Shown here: positions 35,082 to 46,944 of the stretch, piece by piece
Layout: each line of letters opens with the position of its first letter
How positions within the stretch are numbered: the first letter of the stretch is position 1
Source: Halocafeteria seosinensis
Lineage: Eukaryota
Reading direction: 5' to 3'
NCBI GenBank assembly: GCA_001687465.1
Contig: LVLI01000320.1
Span: 1 to 64,000, forward strand
DNA length: 64,000 nucleotides
The notes under the pieces: generated by a model
Seen by the model: only the letters and a program-made list of their open reading frames with translations
Databases searched by the model: none
Told to the model about the DNA's origin: nothing
Program-made: the position numbers and the translations under genes

Positions 35082-37562
35082 ATGAGCAACAATCGCGGCA
35101 ACAAACAGGCACCTGCATGGGTGCTGAAATCTACATCTTCTGGAGCTAATCAGGGAGCTTCTGGTAGTATACCGGAATTTGTACCATCTTCGCGGTCGAC
35201 TGGAGGTGCCAATGCACCTGAATTCGTCCCTCGCTCGTCTACGGAGCAAACTCGAACAACTAGGAACCCGGCCGTGGATGCCCCAGAATTCATTCCGTCA
35301 TCTTCCTCTGGCGCTGGAGGAGGAGGAGGAGGGAGTAATGTTCCCGAGTTCATTCCTTCCTCTATACAAGGTGGTGGTGGCGGTGGAATATGGGGAGCTC
35401 AATCTTCACGACAGCAAGCGACGGCGTTCCCGAAACTGGGGTCTGAACAGGCTAAGTCGAAACCTATGGCATTTGGTAAGAGAATGCAATTCGGACGGGC
35501 GTCGTCGTCAACGCCAGCAGCTAATCAAGCACAAGAGGTCCAGAATAGTGGGGTAGGAGGGATAGCTGAGGCACAGAGACCTGACGACAGTACTGCCGCA
35601 GGTTCCTCTCAGCTCCATCCGTCCAGTGGCACAAGTGCACAGCACCTCGGACAGCCAGGGACTTACTACGATGCGTACGGACAAGCATTTGATGAGCAGG
35701 AGTATATAAACGAGTTACAGGAAGAGGAAAACAAATATTTTATGAGTATGGAAGACACGTTCCGCAACGATGAGGATTGGGCTCTTGGTGGACCGGCTCA
35801 TCAGCAAGTTGCAGCGGCCGCCGCATATGGTGCCCCTTCTGAGTCGTTAGAATCCGTTTTTGGCCCAATGCCCGGATTGACGGAACCTCGTTTTTTTCCA
35901 AGGAAAACAAAGGAAACTGTAAGGTCAATGGCACTCCCCGATGAAATCAACGAGCTAATGGGAGCATACCACGCTGCCCATGGAATGAGTTTGCCGTCTG
36001 GACACCCTACGTATCGGGAGATTCCTTCAACGTTTCGAAGAGTGTGGCCACTGGATTACAATCCGGCGGGCGCTACCGGTAGCTTTGGATACGTTTCCAG
36101 TATGTACAAAGCGACGTCAGTGAAGGATGGGCTTACATATGGGCTGCGCCGGGTTGATAAAGTGCGAACTACTTCGGCCATCTGTGGTCGGGTCAAGAGC
36201 GAGTGGTCGAAAGTGACGAACCCTAACGTTGTAAAGCTTAAGGACGTATTTCAGTCTTCCGGTGCAATCTTCTTCGTCCATGAATTTTGGGCGGGGGCGT
36301 TCAATTTGAAGCAAATAGCGTGTACTCGAGAAGGTGTTGTACTTACAGAACAGCAATTGGGATCTATAGCTATACAACTTGTTTCTGCACTTCAAGATGC
36401 CCATCAATGTGGACTTACGTGGCGCGGGATTGTCCCTGAAAGGATCTTAGCAACGCAAGACGGTAGGTACCGTTTGGGCGGCGGCGGCGTCATGGATGTG
36501 CTCGAAAGCGATTCCGAAAAGCCGCTTGATAAAATGCAAAGTCTTGATGTCGAAGGTCTAGGATATAGTTTGCTGGATGCTTCTTGCCGTGATGAATACG
36601 CCAGTAAACATTACAAGTCTAGTTTGGATTGGGTACAGCAGCAATACTCCCCCGAATGGTACTCTTTCTTGTCAGCGTGCATTTTTGATAAATCTCTAGG
36701 TGCTGCCCAGCAACACCTTAGTGGCTATTTCTTTGCGGAACTGAACGGCTGTTATTCCCGTCATGATGGACTGTTGGAGCAACTAGGCAATCAGTGGATG
36801 AATGGGAGACTTATGAGGATCCTGGTTAAGTTGGGGTTTGTAAACGAGCGGCCAGAGTTTGCTGGCGACCCAAGCTGGAGCGACACTGGAGACCGATACA
36901 TTTTGAAACTATTTAGAGACTATTTATTCCATCAAGTTAATGAAGAAGGGAAGCCAATTCTAGACATTGGGCATGTTGTTGAATCATTATGGCGGTTGGA
37001 CCTAGGAGATCCGTCGAAGGTGCTTCTATCTTCTCGTGACCAGAATTCGTTGATTGTTGCTTCATATGCAACACTTCGTGCGGCTTTAAACGCATCTCAT
37101 GAGGAGTTGCAACAAAAAGAGGCTGGACCGTCACTTGAAGAGTTGAGTAGCTTTGCGGCCATTGAGCGGAAGCGGGAACAACAGAGACTTAAGGCTATGG
37201 CGACACAAATGGGATATGGCGAGTTTTTCGCATCTCAATCAAGAACCACCCAGGCCAACTTTGCTCAACAAGACTATTCTCAAAACTATCCTTCATATCC
37301 CCAGCAGAGCCATATTCCTTCGTATGCTGCTTCCTACTCACAAGGGATGGAGATTCCGAGTTCGTCTTTTGGTTATGGCGGGGGTAATGTACTCCAGCAG
37401 CAGATGTACACAGAAGGAGCTGGTCAGCAAGCTTTGGGGGCAGCTAGCGGCGCTCCAGCTGCGCCAACCCCGGGGAGTGCACAGTTTTCTCAGCAGCAGC
37501 CATCTCAAGCCAGTGGGTCGTTTCGTCCAGAAGCACGAGATTTTGTCCCCGGTCAGAGCTAG
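35082..37562 (+). CDS. PAN3: PAN2-PAN3 deadenylase subunit PAN3 (pseudokinase), intronless
   Basis: SFGYVSSMYKA...YGLRR, HEFW, NGRLMRILVKLGFVNERPEF...WSDTGDRYILKLFRDYLFHQV; PAM2-like motifs. Confidence 0.96.
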   Translation: MSNNRGNKQAPAWVLKSTSSGANQGASGSIPEFVPSSRSTGGANAPEFVPRSSTEQTRTTRNPAVDAPEFIPSSSSGAGGGGGGSNVPEFIPSSIQGGGGGGIWGAQSSRQQATAFPKLGSEQAKSKPMAFGKRMQFGRASSSTPAANQAQEVQNSGVGGIAEAQRPDDSTAAGSSQLHPSSGTSAQHLGQPGTYYDAYGQAFDEQEYINELQEEENKYFMSMEDTFRNDEDWALGGPAHQQVAAAAAYGAPSESLESVFGPMPGLTEPRFFPRKTKETVRSMALPDEINELMGAYHAAHGMSLPSGHPTYREIPSTFRRVWPLDYNPAGATGSFGYVSSMYKATSVKDGLTYGLRRVDKVRTTSAICGRVKSEWSKVTNPNVVKLKDVFQSSGAIFFVHEFWAGAFNLKQIACTREGVVLTEQQLGSIAIQLVSALQDAHQCGLTWRGIVPERILATQDGRYRLGGGGVMDVLESDSEKPLDKMQSLDVEGLGYSLLDASCRDEYASKHYKSSLDWVQQQYSPEWYSFLSACIFDKSLGAAQQHLSGYFFAELNGCYSRHDGLLEQLGNQWMNGRLMRILVKLGFVNERPEFAGDPSWSDTGDRYILKLFRDYLFHQVNEEGKPILDIGHVVESLWRLDLGDPSKVLLSSRDQNSLIVASYATLRAALNASHEELQQKEAGPSLEELSSFAAIERKREQQRLKAMATQMGYGEFFASQSRTTQANFAQQDYSQNYPSYPQQSHIPSYAASYSQGMEIPSSSFGYGGGNVLQQQMYTEGAGQQALGAASGAPAAPTPGSAQFSQQQPSQASGSFRPEARDFVPGQS

Positions 37563-37800
37563 CTTCCGGCACTCGGGTTTGCTCTGGCTATACATTATAA
37601 CTGGGACAATTATCATACAGTGCAAAATCTGTGTATAACTTTGAACTGCTTGTATCATTACCATCCTCTGTGAATGTAGGTACAACCGTCAGTAGTGATA
37701 GGAGGCGACTTCTTTGCTACTACCTGATGTTGGTTAAAAAAAACAAAAATAAAATAAAAAAATCGATGCACTTCTGAAAGCATATAATCAGTTTGTAACA

Positions 37801-40126
37801 ATGAATGCACCCAGGGATCATAATACAACCGCGTCGGATGATCTGAATAGCACTCCTTTTAGTCGCATTCGCTCTCCTCCACAAGAGCAGGTGTATACAG
37901 GGGACGGAGGCTCCTATTCGCCAATTTTCAGCCCCCATGACGCCTCCTCCGAGAGGAGCACCTTACAGGACTTGAATGGCTCGAAACAAGCGTGGGAAAT
38001 GGACTCTGATATCTTCCCTCAATGGGGTGCTACAGCAGCTCCAGCTTCCTCCGTCTCCTCTCCTCAGTATACAAGCCATTCTACTTCGAGTCATGCCGAT
38101 AAGGGGGATCAGGATCAAAGTGTTTCCTATAGTCGGACGAGTTGGGGCTGGGGTAATAAGGAGCAGAGCAACACGCAGCACAATACCTCCGGAAATGGCA
38201 GTGGAATTCAAAATATCTCGTTCGATTTTGACTACGAACCGGATAAGCGCCGGCAACAGGGAAGCGACGGGGAGAAGATTGTTCAGCCGGACAGATATTT
38301 ACCCTCATCCATTTCATCGCTCTCACGTGATGAACTGGTCAGTCGATTACGCAGCTGTCAAGAAGCGCTGAATGACAGAGAACTGCAGCTGTTGGAGGAG
38401 CAAACGCGGTCTATGCAGGAACTGGAAAATCTCAGATCGATACTGCATGAACGCGAGCGCACCATACAGACGCAATCTAAAGAACTTAAGACGTAAGTGT
38501 CCCCCACGTCAACATTGCAAATATTGTCGTATTCCTGGAGATAATCATCGACTCGCAGCTTGCGAGAAGGAATGGAGAGTTCCCATGTACATAATGAAAA
38601 CAAGACGCTTAAGAAGCGCGTGAAGCATGCGGAGAAAAAATTAGAGCTTACGCGACAACGGCTAGAGGACAGTGAGAAAAATTCCAATGGAGTTGTAAAC
38701 CAGTTAAAGGGGGAGCGGGACCAGCTGATGCAAGAACGAGACGAACTGTGGCGCACTAAGCAGGATCACGCCTCCACGATACAGTCTCTCAGAGAGTCTC
38801 TGCAACAAAAAGAGCAAGAATGCCGACAGATCATTCAAGAACGCGATAACGTGTATGCCGAGAAGCATAAGCTTCAGGAGCTCCTCGCTGAAACTAAAAA
38901 AGTCCTCCGACGCGTGAGGGACCGCGAAGATGCCAATGCTGCCGCCCTCCGTGGACAAAACGGCACCATCGCTCAGCTTCGACGACAGTTCGAGGAGGCT
39001 GAAAAGGAACAAGAGGAATTGCAAAGGAATGTTGAATCCTTGGAATCGGAATTGAATGAAAAGAAATCGCAACTACAGCAGTACAAAGCAAGACTATACG
39101 ATTTGCAGTGCGAATTTGATCGCAAGAATGAATCGTTCGGAAAATCGCAGCAGACAGTAAGAGTGAAGCGTTGTTTTGGTTATGTCTAGTAGTGAAATAC
39201 AGTCGTAAACTTGTGTTCTGATGTTGCCGCAGGAAGAAGAGCTCCAGGAAACTAGAAAGAAGTTGGACGAGACGGAGAGTGTTTTGTCAGAGCTCCGACA
39301 AGAGTATCGACAGCAGAAACATCAGGATGAGCAAGCCATCAAACAGCTAAGGGATACCTTGGTTGACAAGTATGTGCATGTCTTACTCTTTTCTTAGCTG
39401 TCTATCCATAAACTGATATCTATTTGGACATGCAGGAACCAAGTGATTGATGCCTTGAGAAACGGAGATGAGATGAAAGTATTCGACGATATGTCAGAAT
39501 CCCAAAGAGATGAGCTCAGAATTGAATGCGAACGATTATCAAAGGAACTGCATCAACAAAAGCAGCTTACCGAACAGGCTCGCCAAGAAGCTGTACGTAA
39601 AAAGTGATTTTGTCGAACTTAGCCTTGTCTTAAGCGTGACGTGCTCACTGCCCTATAACAGAGAGATTACATGGATAGAGCAAATGAAGCGAGGAAGAAG
39701 CTTGATAAAGGAGTAAGTCATACAGCTCCTAGCAATAGTGAGCGTGGACAGTATGTATCCCTCCTAGTGCTGATCGGAATGCGCGTGTTACCGGCTGTTG
39801 AACGCCTATGCCGGCTGGTGGAGTCGGCATACTCCAGACATAATTTTGCGATAGACGAACTTCTGCAGCTACAAGAGGATGAAGTATCGGACATTAAGGA
39901 AAATGGAGAAGTAGCTATTCCTGCTAAGGTTGATACTGACGCGGAAAACCATTTCCTGTCGTTTGTGGAAGCCCAAGACTCAAGGGATTTTGCTGAACCA
40001 CAATTGGATGTCGATACCTTTGTCAGTCAGATGAAACGTCTAACTGAACGAATCAATACGCTGCGGTACAAGCTGGCTGACCAGCTAGCTGGGACATCAG
40101 CAGAAGATCAATGTAGAATGCAATGA
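37801..40126 (+). CDS. Long coiled-coil protein with C-terminal CaaX box (CRMQ), multi-exon
   Basis: Disordered Ser-rich head; heptad-rich E/Q/K/R exons 38330-39710; ends ...TSAEDQCRMQ*. Confidence 0.8.
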
Positions 40127-40283
40127 AACTTATTCTCGTTTATTACGTACGGGGGGGTCTAGTAATCTACGGACTCGAAGCACTCTAGTCAGAATCGTCC
40201 GATGCTGTGGCCCACGTGCCACGAAATACAACTAGCTATCATATGATGTTCCAAGAAATTAATGTCAATTCTAAATGGACGTA

Positions 40284-40619
40284 TTACCGGTTGTTCTTGG
40301 TGCTGCTACTGCTCTTCGATGGTTGACTGCTTTCTTTTTGCTCGATTTCCTTCCACGCTGAGTCCATTTCTTTCTTAAATTGGTTCTTAAAATCTGATAA
40401 GAATCCCTCAGATTTTCTATTACGTTTTGTCGTTTCTTTATTTGTAGCATTAGAGGCATCGGATGAGCTGCCTTTTACATCACCGACTGTCTTTCCTGCT
40501 TGGGCGGCGACTCCCTTGAAGGTGTCGACGGTGGTCTTGGCGAAGCGCTGAAAAGCCGGGCTGTTGGCCAGTGTATCAACGATCACCTTATCAGCTAAAT
40601 GCTGGATAATCCGCTGCAT
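40284..40619 (-). CDS. Small conserved protein, NCBP2-AS2-like (plant/protist LANSxxFQRFA family)
   Basis: MQRIIQHLADKVIVDTLANSPAFQRFAKTT; alternative start at 40652. Confidence 0.7.
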   Translation of the reverse strand: MQRIIQHLADKVIVDTLANSPAFQRFAKTTVDTFKGVAAQAGKTVGDVKGSSSDASNATNKETTKRNRKSEGFLSDFKNQFKKEMDSAWKEIEQKESSQPSKSSSSTKNNR

Positions 40620-41023
40620 CTTATTCGACTCCTGCGTGGGCGGGAACGCCATGAATATGCACCGTGTTCCTCGCGTGGAAAAAATAAAGTGCTTGCCTGA
40701 CGTACCTTTTGTGAATGAACAGCCCAAATTAACAACCTTCTCCGAGGTTCAGACACCACAAGTACGATCTATATCTGCTTTTGCGCCAAAAGGCGTAGAG
40801 TAGGATCAATTCCGTCCACCATAAACTAAAGCTTGTCTTCCTTAAGGAAGGGATGTTCAAGTGAAAGCAAAGTTTGCTGTGTTACTACTGTTGCGAGAGT
40901 GGGTTATTTATATTATATAGCGGACAGGGAATGAGGGGGTGCGTCAAAAGGAGGATACTAGTGGCCCTGTGAGTTCCGGAAGGACCACGCTCGCTCGTGA
41001 AAAGCTTCTGTGGACCGGAAATC

Positions 41024-42228
41024 ATGATGACGGGGACAGAGGGGGAATCGGCGGTGACGCAGCAGCAAGTGCCTCATGATGCTGAGAGCGCTTCCCACCA
41101 GTGGGAGACGACAAGGAGCTCCACTGCGCAGACCACTGGTGACACAGCTTCCTATCAAGAAGCGCGTCGGAAAAAGAGAATATGCTACCGGTAAGAATGG
41201 AAACGAAAGTTAGCCTCGCTCTATGTGGTCATGTATTCCAACACGGTGGAGTACGCAGGAATCGGTTAGCGTGGGTTATTTACCTGGTTCTGTTTTTCCT
41301 CCATGCGTTACCTCTATGGTTTGGTTTGGTTCAAGATTTACAACAACAGTCTCACTATGTTTTACTCACGTGGCTATACGTGTCGTTAGTGCTTTTGCTC
41401 TTGCTACAAATCACGTTGCAATTTTTCGTGGAACCGGGTACAATCGCGATTGTGGAAGATGGTAGTGTGTGGTCCACGCCGGATATGGATCGATTGCGCC
41501 GAGAGCAATGTGAATTCTACGGGGTGGATCCTAGACCGGCCTTATGGAAAGCAATCTCCCCCCAGAATTCTTTCGATGAGGCCACACGGGCAAAGGTGAC
41601 GGAGAATTATCCTTTGAGATCTGAACTGTTGCGCATGTTTGCCGATCCGCAGGATAGACGAAATGCATACTCCTTATACCTAGCGCGGTTTGACCACTGG
41701 TGTCCCTGGATCAATCAAGCAGTGGCATGGAATAACCATCGGTTGTTTTTCTGTTTCTTAGTGACAGCACTTTCGCATGTGCTCAGTGCTGCATTATGTT
41801 TGCTGTATCATCCACTGTTTTGGGCGATGTGGAAGCATGGTGTCCGACGATTTCCGTACGGTCCTTTTATTGTATCACAGAGATTAGCGGTTTATACTTT
41901 ATGTGCTCTGGTAGCATTGTTTCTAATTTTGAGCATTTGGTCGTTGATGAATGACCAATTAGACGGAATCAAGTCAGATTTTACGATGGTAGAGTGCGGC
42001 CATGAACGGAAATACGTTTTTAAGCATATGTCCCGAAGGCGAACTTGGACAGATACGTATAGAAACTGGCTGGTCTTTCTGGCACACAACAGCGTTCTAG
42101 AGCGACTAGTTTGTGGAGGATATCTTAAATCACACGTCTCGAAACATGTCGCGGAGAAAAAGAGGCATTGGAATAATGTGGCCAGTGCATATGCGGAAGA
42201 AATAAAAAAATGGCACTCTTCAACCTAG
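41024..42228 (+). CDS. DHHC-family protein S-acyltransferase variant (DHWC), 2 exons
   Basis: Four TM segments, EPG (DPG equivalent), RFDHWCPWINQAVAWNNHRLFFCFL, TMVE (TTxE equivalent); intron about 41191-41258. Confidence 0.88.
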
Positions 42229-42252
42229 CTATCGGAACACGCATAGCTCAGT

Positions 42253-45200
42253 CTATTCAGTAGCTCTAGTTTCGAGCATACACAATTCTAACAAATGCTC
42301 AAGCGCGTCAATGTTGTCCGCTCCGAGAAGTTGCATAACTGTTTTCGCTGCTTGTTGAGGCTTTTCGGATAAGACAACGTTGTGTGCCGTTTCGAATGTG
42401 GTTTCTCCTAGTCTCTCCTTGAGCTGTCCCTTCAGCATGCGGATCCGCTCTCTAAGCCTTCGGACTTTGTCGCTTAGACCATGAGACTCGGCTTCTTGAC
42501 TTGAGTAACCATAGTCTTCTTTATTATCTTGATCTCCCTCTTCTTCGTCGTCTTCATTATCTTCGTCCCTGTCTGCACCTGTGTTACGGCCAGCTTCTGA
42601 ATCACTGCTTATCCACTCTGCGCTGTCTTCAGACGAATCCTGGGCATCATGATGATGCTCTTCTGGAGATTTCTTTTTCATGATCCCCGTCAGTGTTTTG
42701 TCGAGTTCGTGCATTGTCTGCAGCATGTCTACATAATCATTGTACTGTTTTGCATCCTTTACCTCTTCCGCTCTTTTCTCATCTTCTTCACTGATTGATC
42801 CGTATTGATGACCTGTACACTCATCGCTGTATCCTTCGTTCGTCTCTGACTCTTCATTCGAAGAGGATATCGACATAGTAGACAGTTGGTTGGACAATCC
42901 CTGGTTTCCGGTTTGATGTTCGGATTCATCGTATTCTGGCTCAAAATTGGGTGTTGAGTTCGTGGAGTAAGATTCTTCTCCAGAAGCAGTGTCATGCTCC
43001 AGAAGCGCTTTCACGCGATCTTCGTCTACATGCTGTCGAAGCATGTTTTCAACACTGGCATCGCGTTCCTCAACACTATCAAGAGACAATTGAGGCTTAA
43101 CAGCTGCAGACTTATCGGTAGCGGCACCTCCTTGTACCGTAGCAGAGGAAGGTACGCTGGACTCTTGGGAAGATGTCCTATCTCCAGAAGGAGCATAGAT
43201 CTCGACCGTCGGTCCACCTGCCTGCTGCCGCTGCTGATGGTTCTTCTTGTCGGCTTGTATCTTTTCCCACAATTGTTCCCGCTTACTCAGACGAGGATTC
43301 TTGTCTCTACGCTTTTGGACTTCTTGTTCATCACATGCCGGGTTCCTGAATCGTGCACCTTCCGGTTCATTATCAAGACTAAATGTTTCTACTTTCTGTT
43401 TCTGTTGAGAAGGAGACAACACAGGGGATACTCGGACTTTTTCCATATGATGCTGCTGTTGATAGTAATCGCGCGACTGCTGGCCAGTCTCAGTAGCACC
43501 GTCTCTTCCAGAAGATCGGCGAGGTGCGTTGTACCTATTTTGCTGAGTTTCTCGTGCTGCAGCGTTACTTTGCCGGACTCTTTGGACAACATGACCAACA
43601 CGTTGGTTAATTTGGTCAGCCGCTGCTACTACCTTTTGCCGCCGCTCAGCCTGGGATTTGTCAGCCAATTTCTCACGTGCTGCATGTGCAGCGTACTTGG
43701 ATAACCGGATATTGCCGTGAGCATCAAGATACCCCGCGTGGCCTTGCTGCTGTTGGTGTCCGGAGACCGCGTCGGAATGGTCTTGTCGACTCTTTCCTCC
43801 ACCGTTGCTCCGCTGCTGCTGGCGCAGCATAGCGTACATATATGCGTTGTTAGCCTCCTCTTCTTGCTGTTGCTGCTCTGAAGCAATCTTCTTATGGCTT
43901 TCGTTGTCCGCGCTCCGTTGGCTAGACGGATGCCGCAATTGCTCTCTTCGTTTTTGATGTTGAGCAGGCATACCCTGCCTTCCGTTCTTTGTTGACGAGG
44001 AGTCCGATTGCTGACTTCGAGCAGATGATGGCTTCTTCTGTGACACCTCTTCCTGGTTTAATCCTTTTCCTTGGATCCCTATGTTGTATCTAGATGGTTT
44101 CGGACGATTGCTTTCCCGTGGTTTTACCTTGAGATTTGGATCAGCCTGCAATCCCCTTTCAGCACTTTGTGGCGCTGCCGGACGTGCAGCATCGGGACGA
44201 TGATTCACTTTCTGAGCAGCCCTTCCTCTCATTGCATCAAGGTTGGCCTTACGCCGACGACATTCATTGGCACGTTCATTTCGCATTTGTCGTCTACGCT
44301 CTTCAGCTTCCGCCGCGCGTTTTCGCGCTTTTTCTCGAGCTTCCATTGCCTGCTGGTACCTCTCTGCGGCCCGCTCCTTAGCCATTTTAATTGCTCTTTC
44401 ATGTGCTCGTTGCCGAGCTTGATCATTAGCAGCATTTGCGTTTGACTGCTTCGGCTGCTGCTGGTCTCGATTTTGGGCAGATCGCTGTGCGGAAGGTCGC
44501 CATGCATTGATGCCCCCACGAGGACCCATTTGCCTCTGCTGCGGCGCTTGGTGCTGACGATTTGACGACGGCTCCTTGTTCGCAGCCCCATTTCTCCCAA
44601 ATGGCTCATTCCCTTGATCGCGGGAACTTTCCGGCTGTTGACTTCGAGCTGACTGTTGGCTCCGATTGTCCCCTTTATTGTGATTTAAACGCTGTTGAAT
44701 AGAACGGACTGGTAAATAGTTCGGCCTATCTCGTTCAGCCGCCGCTCCTCTCCTGTTTTCTTCTTGAGAGGGTACGTTTCTCCGGGGAGGGTCTGGTTTC
44801 TGTTTGGATTCTTCCTCCTTCGAAGAATCCTCCCTGGAAGGAGCGCTATGCAGAGAATTGGAGGAATGATCTCGTATTATGGCTTGGTTCATGATATCCT
44901 TCGCGTCCTTGATGGCATGCTTGCCATGTATGATAGTGTGACCTAACTCTTCCTGTGCGGCAGCCTCAGAGAGAAAATTGTTTATGCGATTTCGAATGAA
45001 CGGACGATTCAAGATACTCATAACACCCGGACGTGAACGAGGATTCACTGTAAGCATATCATTGATAAGATTCTTCAGATCTTTCGAATATCCGTCAGTT
45101 ATTGGGCTGAATCTTCCCCGCAGGATCTTCTGGACCAATAGCCGCATGTTTGGAGCTTCAAACGGAAGCTTCAATGTTACCATTTCATACAGTATGCAAC

Positions 45201-46002
45201 CTAAGCTCCAGATGTCAGACTTGTTGTTATACTTGTGCTCCTTGCAAATTTCGGGACTTAGATAGTATGGCGTCCCAATTGCGGTCTTCGCCAACTCTCC
45301 CGTGCTTGTTAAGACTTTTGCAATACCAAAATCACCTAATTTCAAGATTCCTGGCTGCAAAGTGACAAAATACTTCTCGATGCTTCAAGAAAATTATATC
45401 AAGGGTCAACAGCTGTCAAAAAATCTTACATTCGACACGAATATATTAGCGGTTTTTAGATCTCTATGAAGAATTTTCCGGTCGTGTAAGTGCTTCAAGG
45501 CGAGGCATATTTGAACTAACCAATCTAAAATTTTACCTTCACTCAGCTTCCTACCCCTTCGATTTTTTAGTGCACCAGCAAGATCTCCACTATCAGCATA
45601 CTCCATCACAATACATAAATTCCCACGATGCTGAAAAGCTTCCTCATACGCGACGATATTCGGATGCTGGAGACAGGCAGAACATGGTAACAACCACAAC
45701 GAGCTTCCACAAGCACACCACGGTGTGTAGACTCACCCTAAGAGATTGCAGTAACTTGACCTCATTCTCAGCCTCTCGGCGCTCCTTCCGAGACATCTGA
45801 GACAAATTGACTTGCTTCAGAACGAATTTCTCCTGCAGCACCACAGTATGATCAAGATAAGTGCCGCGTTTGGCGAGATCAAGTGGGTCCATTTTGAACT
45901 TACCTTATCCGCCTTCCTCTCCACCAGGAAAGCTTTGCCAAAGCTTCCTTTGCCCACAGCCTTTACCGTCCTATACTTTTGCATCTTGCCATTCGCTTCC
46001 AT
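42253..46002 (-). CDS. NIMA-related kinase (NEK1-like) with long coiled-coil/disordered tail, 4 exons
   Basis: GKGSFG, VLKQV, HPNIV, MEYADSGDL, LHRDLKTANIF, KLGDFGIAKVL, IGTPYYLSPE, YNNKSDIWSLGC. Confidence 0.95.
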
Positions 46003-46944
46003 TTTGCCGCTCTCGTTGCCTCAGAGCGTTCTTTCTCGCATGGGAATCGAGAGTATCACGTGAGCAAGGGCAACAACCTCGACAGCCGCTGTCAGTCAAT
46101 GCAGTGTATGTGAAAATTGCAAAGACGGCTTGAATTCCGTCTTGAACAGGAGTGCCGATGCAAAGCCGTTTGGACCACTGTCTCTCACTGCGCTTACCCC
46201 CAAAACCTCCTCTTGTCACCCCTACACACGCCAACTATCGCGTTTGTGAATGAAGTACACGGTGGGAGAGACAACTAGTCCCATAGTACATACAAATTAT
46301 CATCAATATTGTCCCCTGGAGCCATCTCGCGCACTTGGAGGTCCAAGAGGCAATTTGAAGGTTGTGCGTCCGGGCGCTCGGCCCGGAAGCGGTTGGAACA
46401 CAAGAATCGTAGGATGAAAGTTTCATGAAACCCACGGTAGACTACGGAAATCAAGAGGCTAGTGGTGTGCTTTATGGTTTAATTGATTTCATTTAAGCTC
46501 CAAGGGAATGTTGCATGCTCTTTCAGTTTGTGATGAAATTGTGTCCTTTGTGGCCGTTCTTTCTGTCAGCAAGCTGGAATTCCATGAAGCCGAGCTGAGG
46601 AACGGAAGTGAAGGACTCGTCTAACAGCGTCAAGTAATACCAGTTAGAAAAGTAGTTCCCCATTTTTCGCGACTGATGCACCCACCATCGGTGCAATTCA
46701 GAACTCCAGGATTCAATTCCTACAGTAGCGAACAATCATTCCGTTCAGTCTAAAGTGCAGAAAAGATTGTTGGCTCTGGTGCTGGATTAGAAATGCCGCT
46801 ATTACAGAGGGGTTAAGAATTTGTTTCATACAGCATGTCGACGGTGTAGGGAAACCGTATAAGTCGTTGAAATTGATGTTGTTTCGCATCCCTACATGCT
46901 GGGCGTGAGAGTGGTCAGTGTACTAGATAGATAACAGCACAAAA

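Noticed and set aside
40620..40727. Third MGC start (MGCSFTK) in the ORF track
   Set aside because: The start codon is TTG, not ATG; family similarity begins at MQRII (40619).
42994..43704. Long antisense ORFs over NEK, NAR1, PAN3 and other genes
   Set aside because: Shadow frames opposite well-supported genes, with no motifs of their own.
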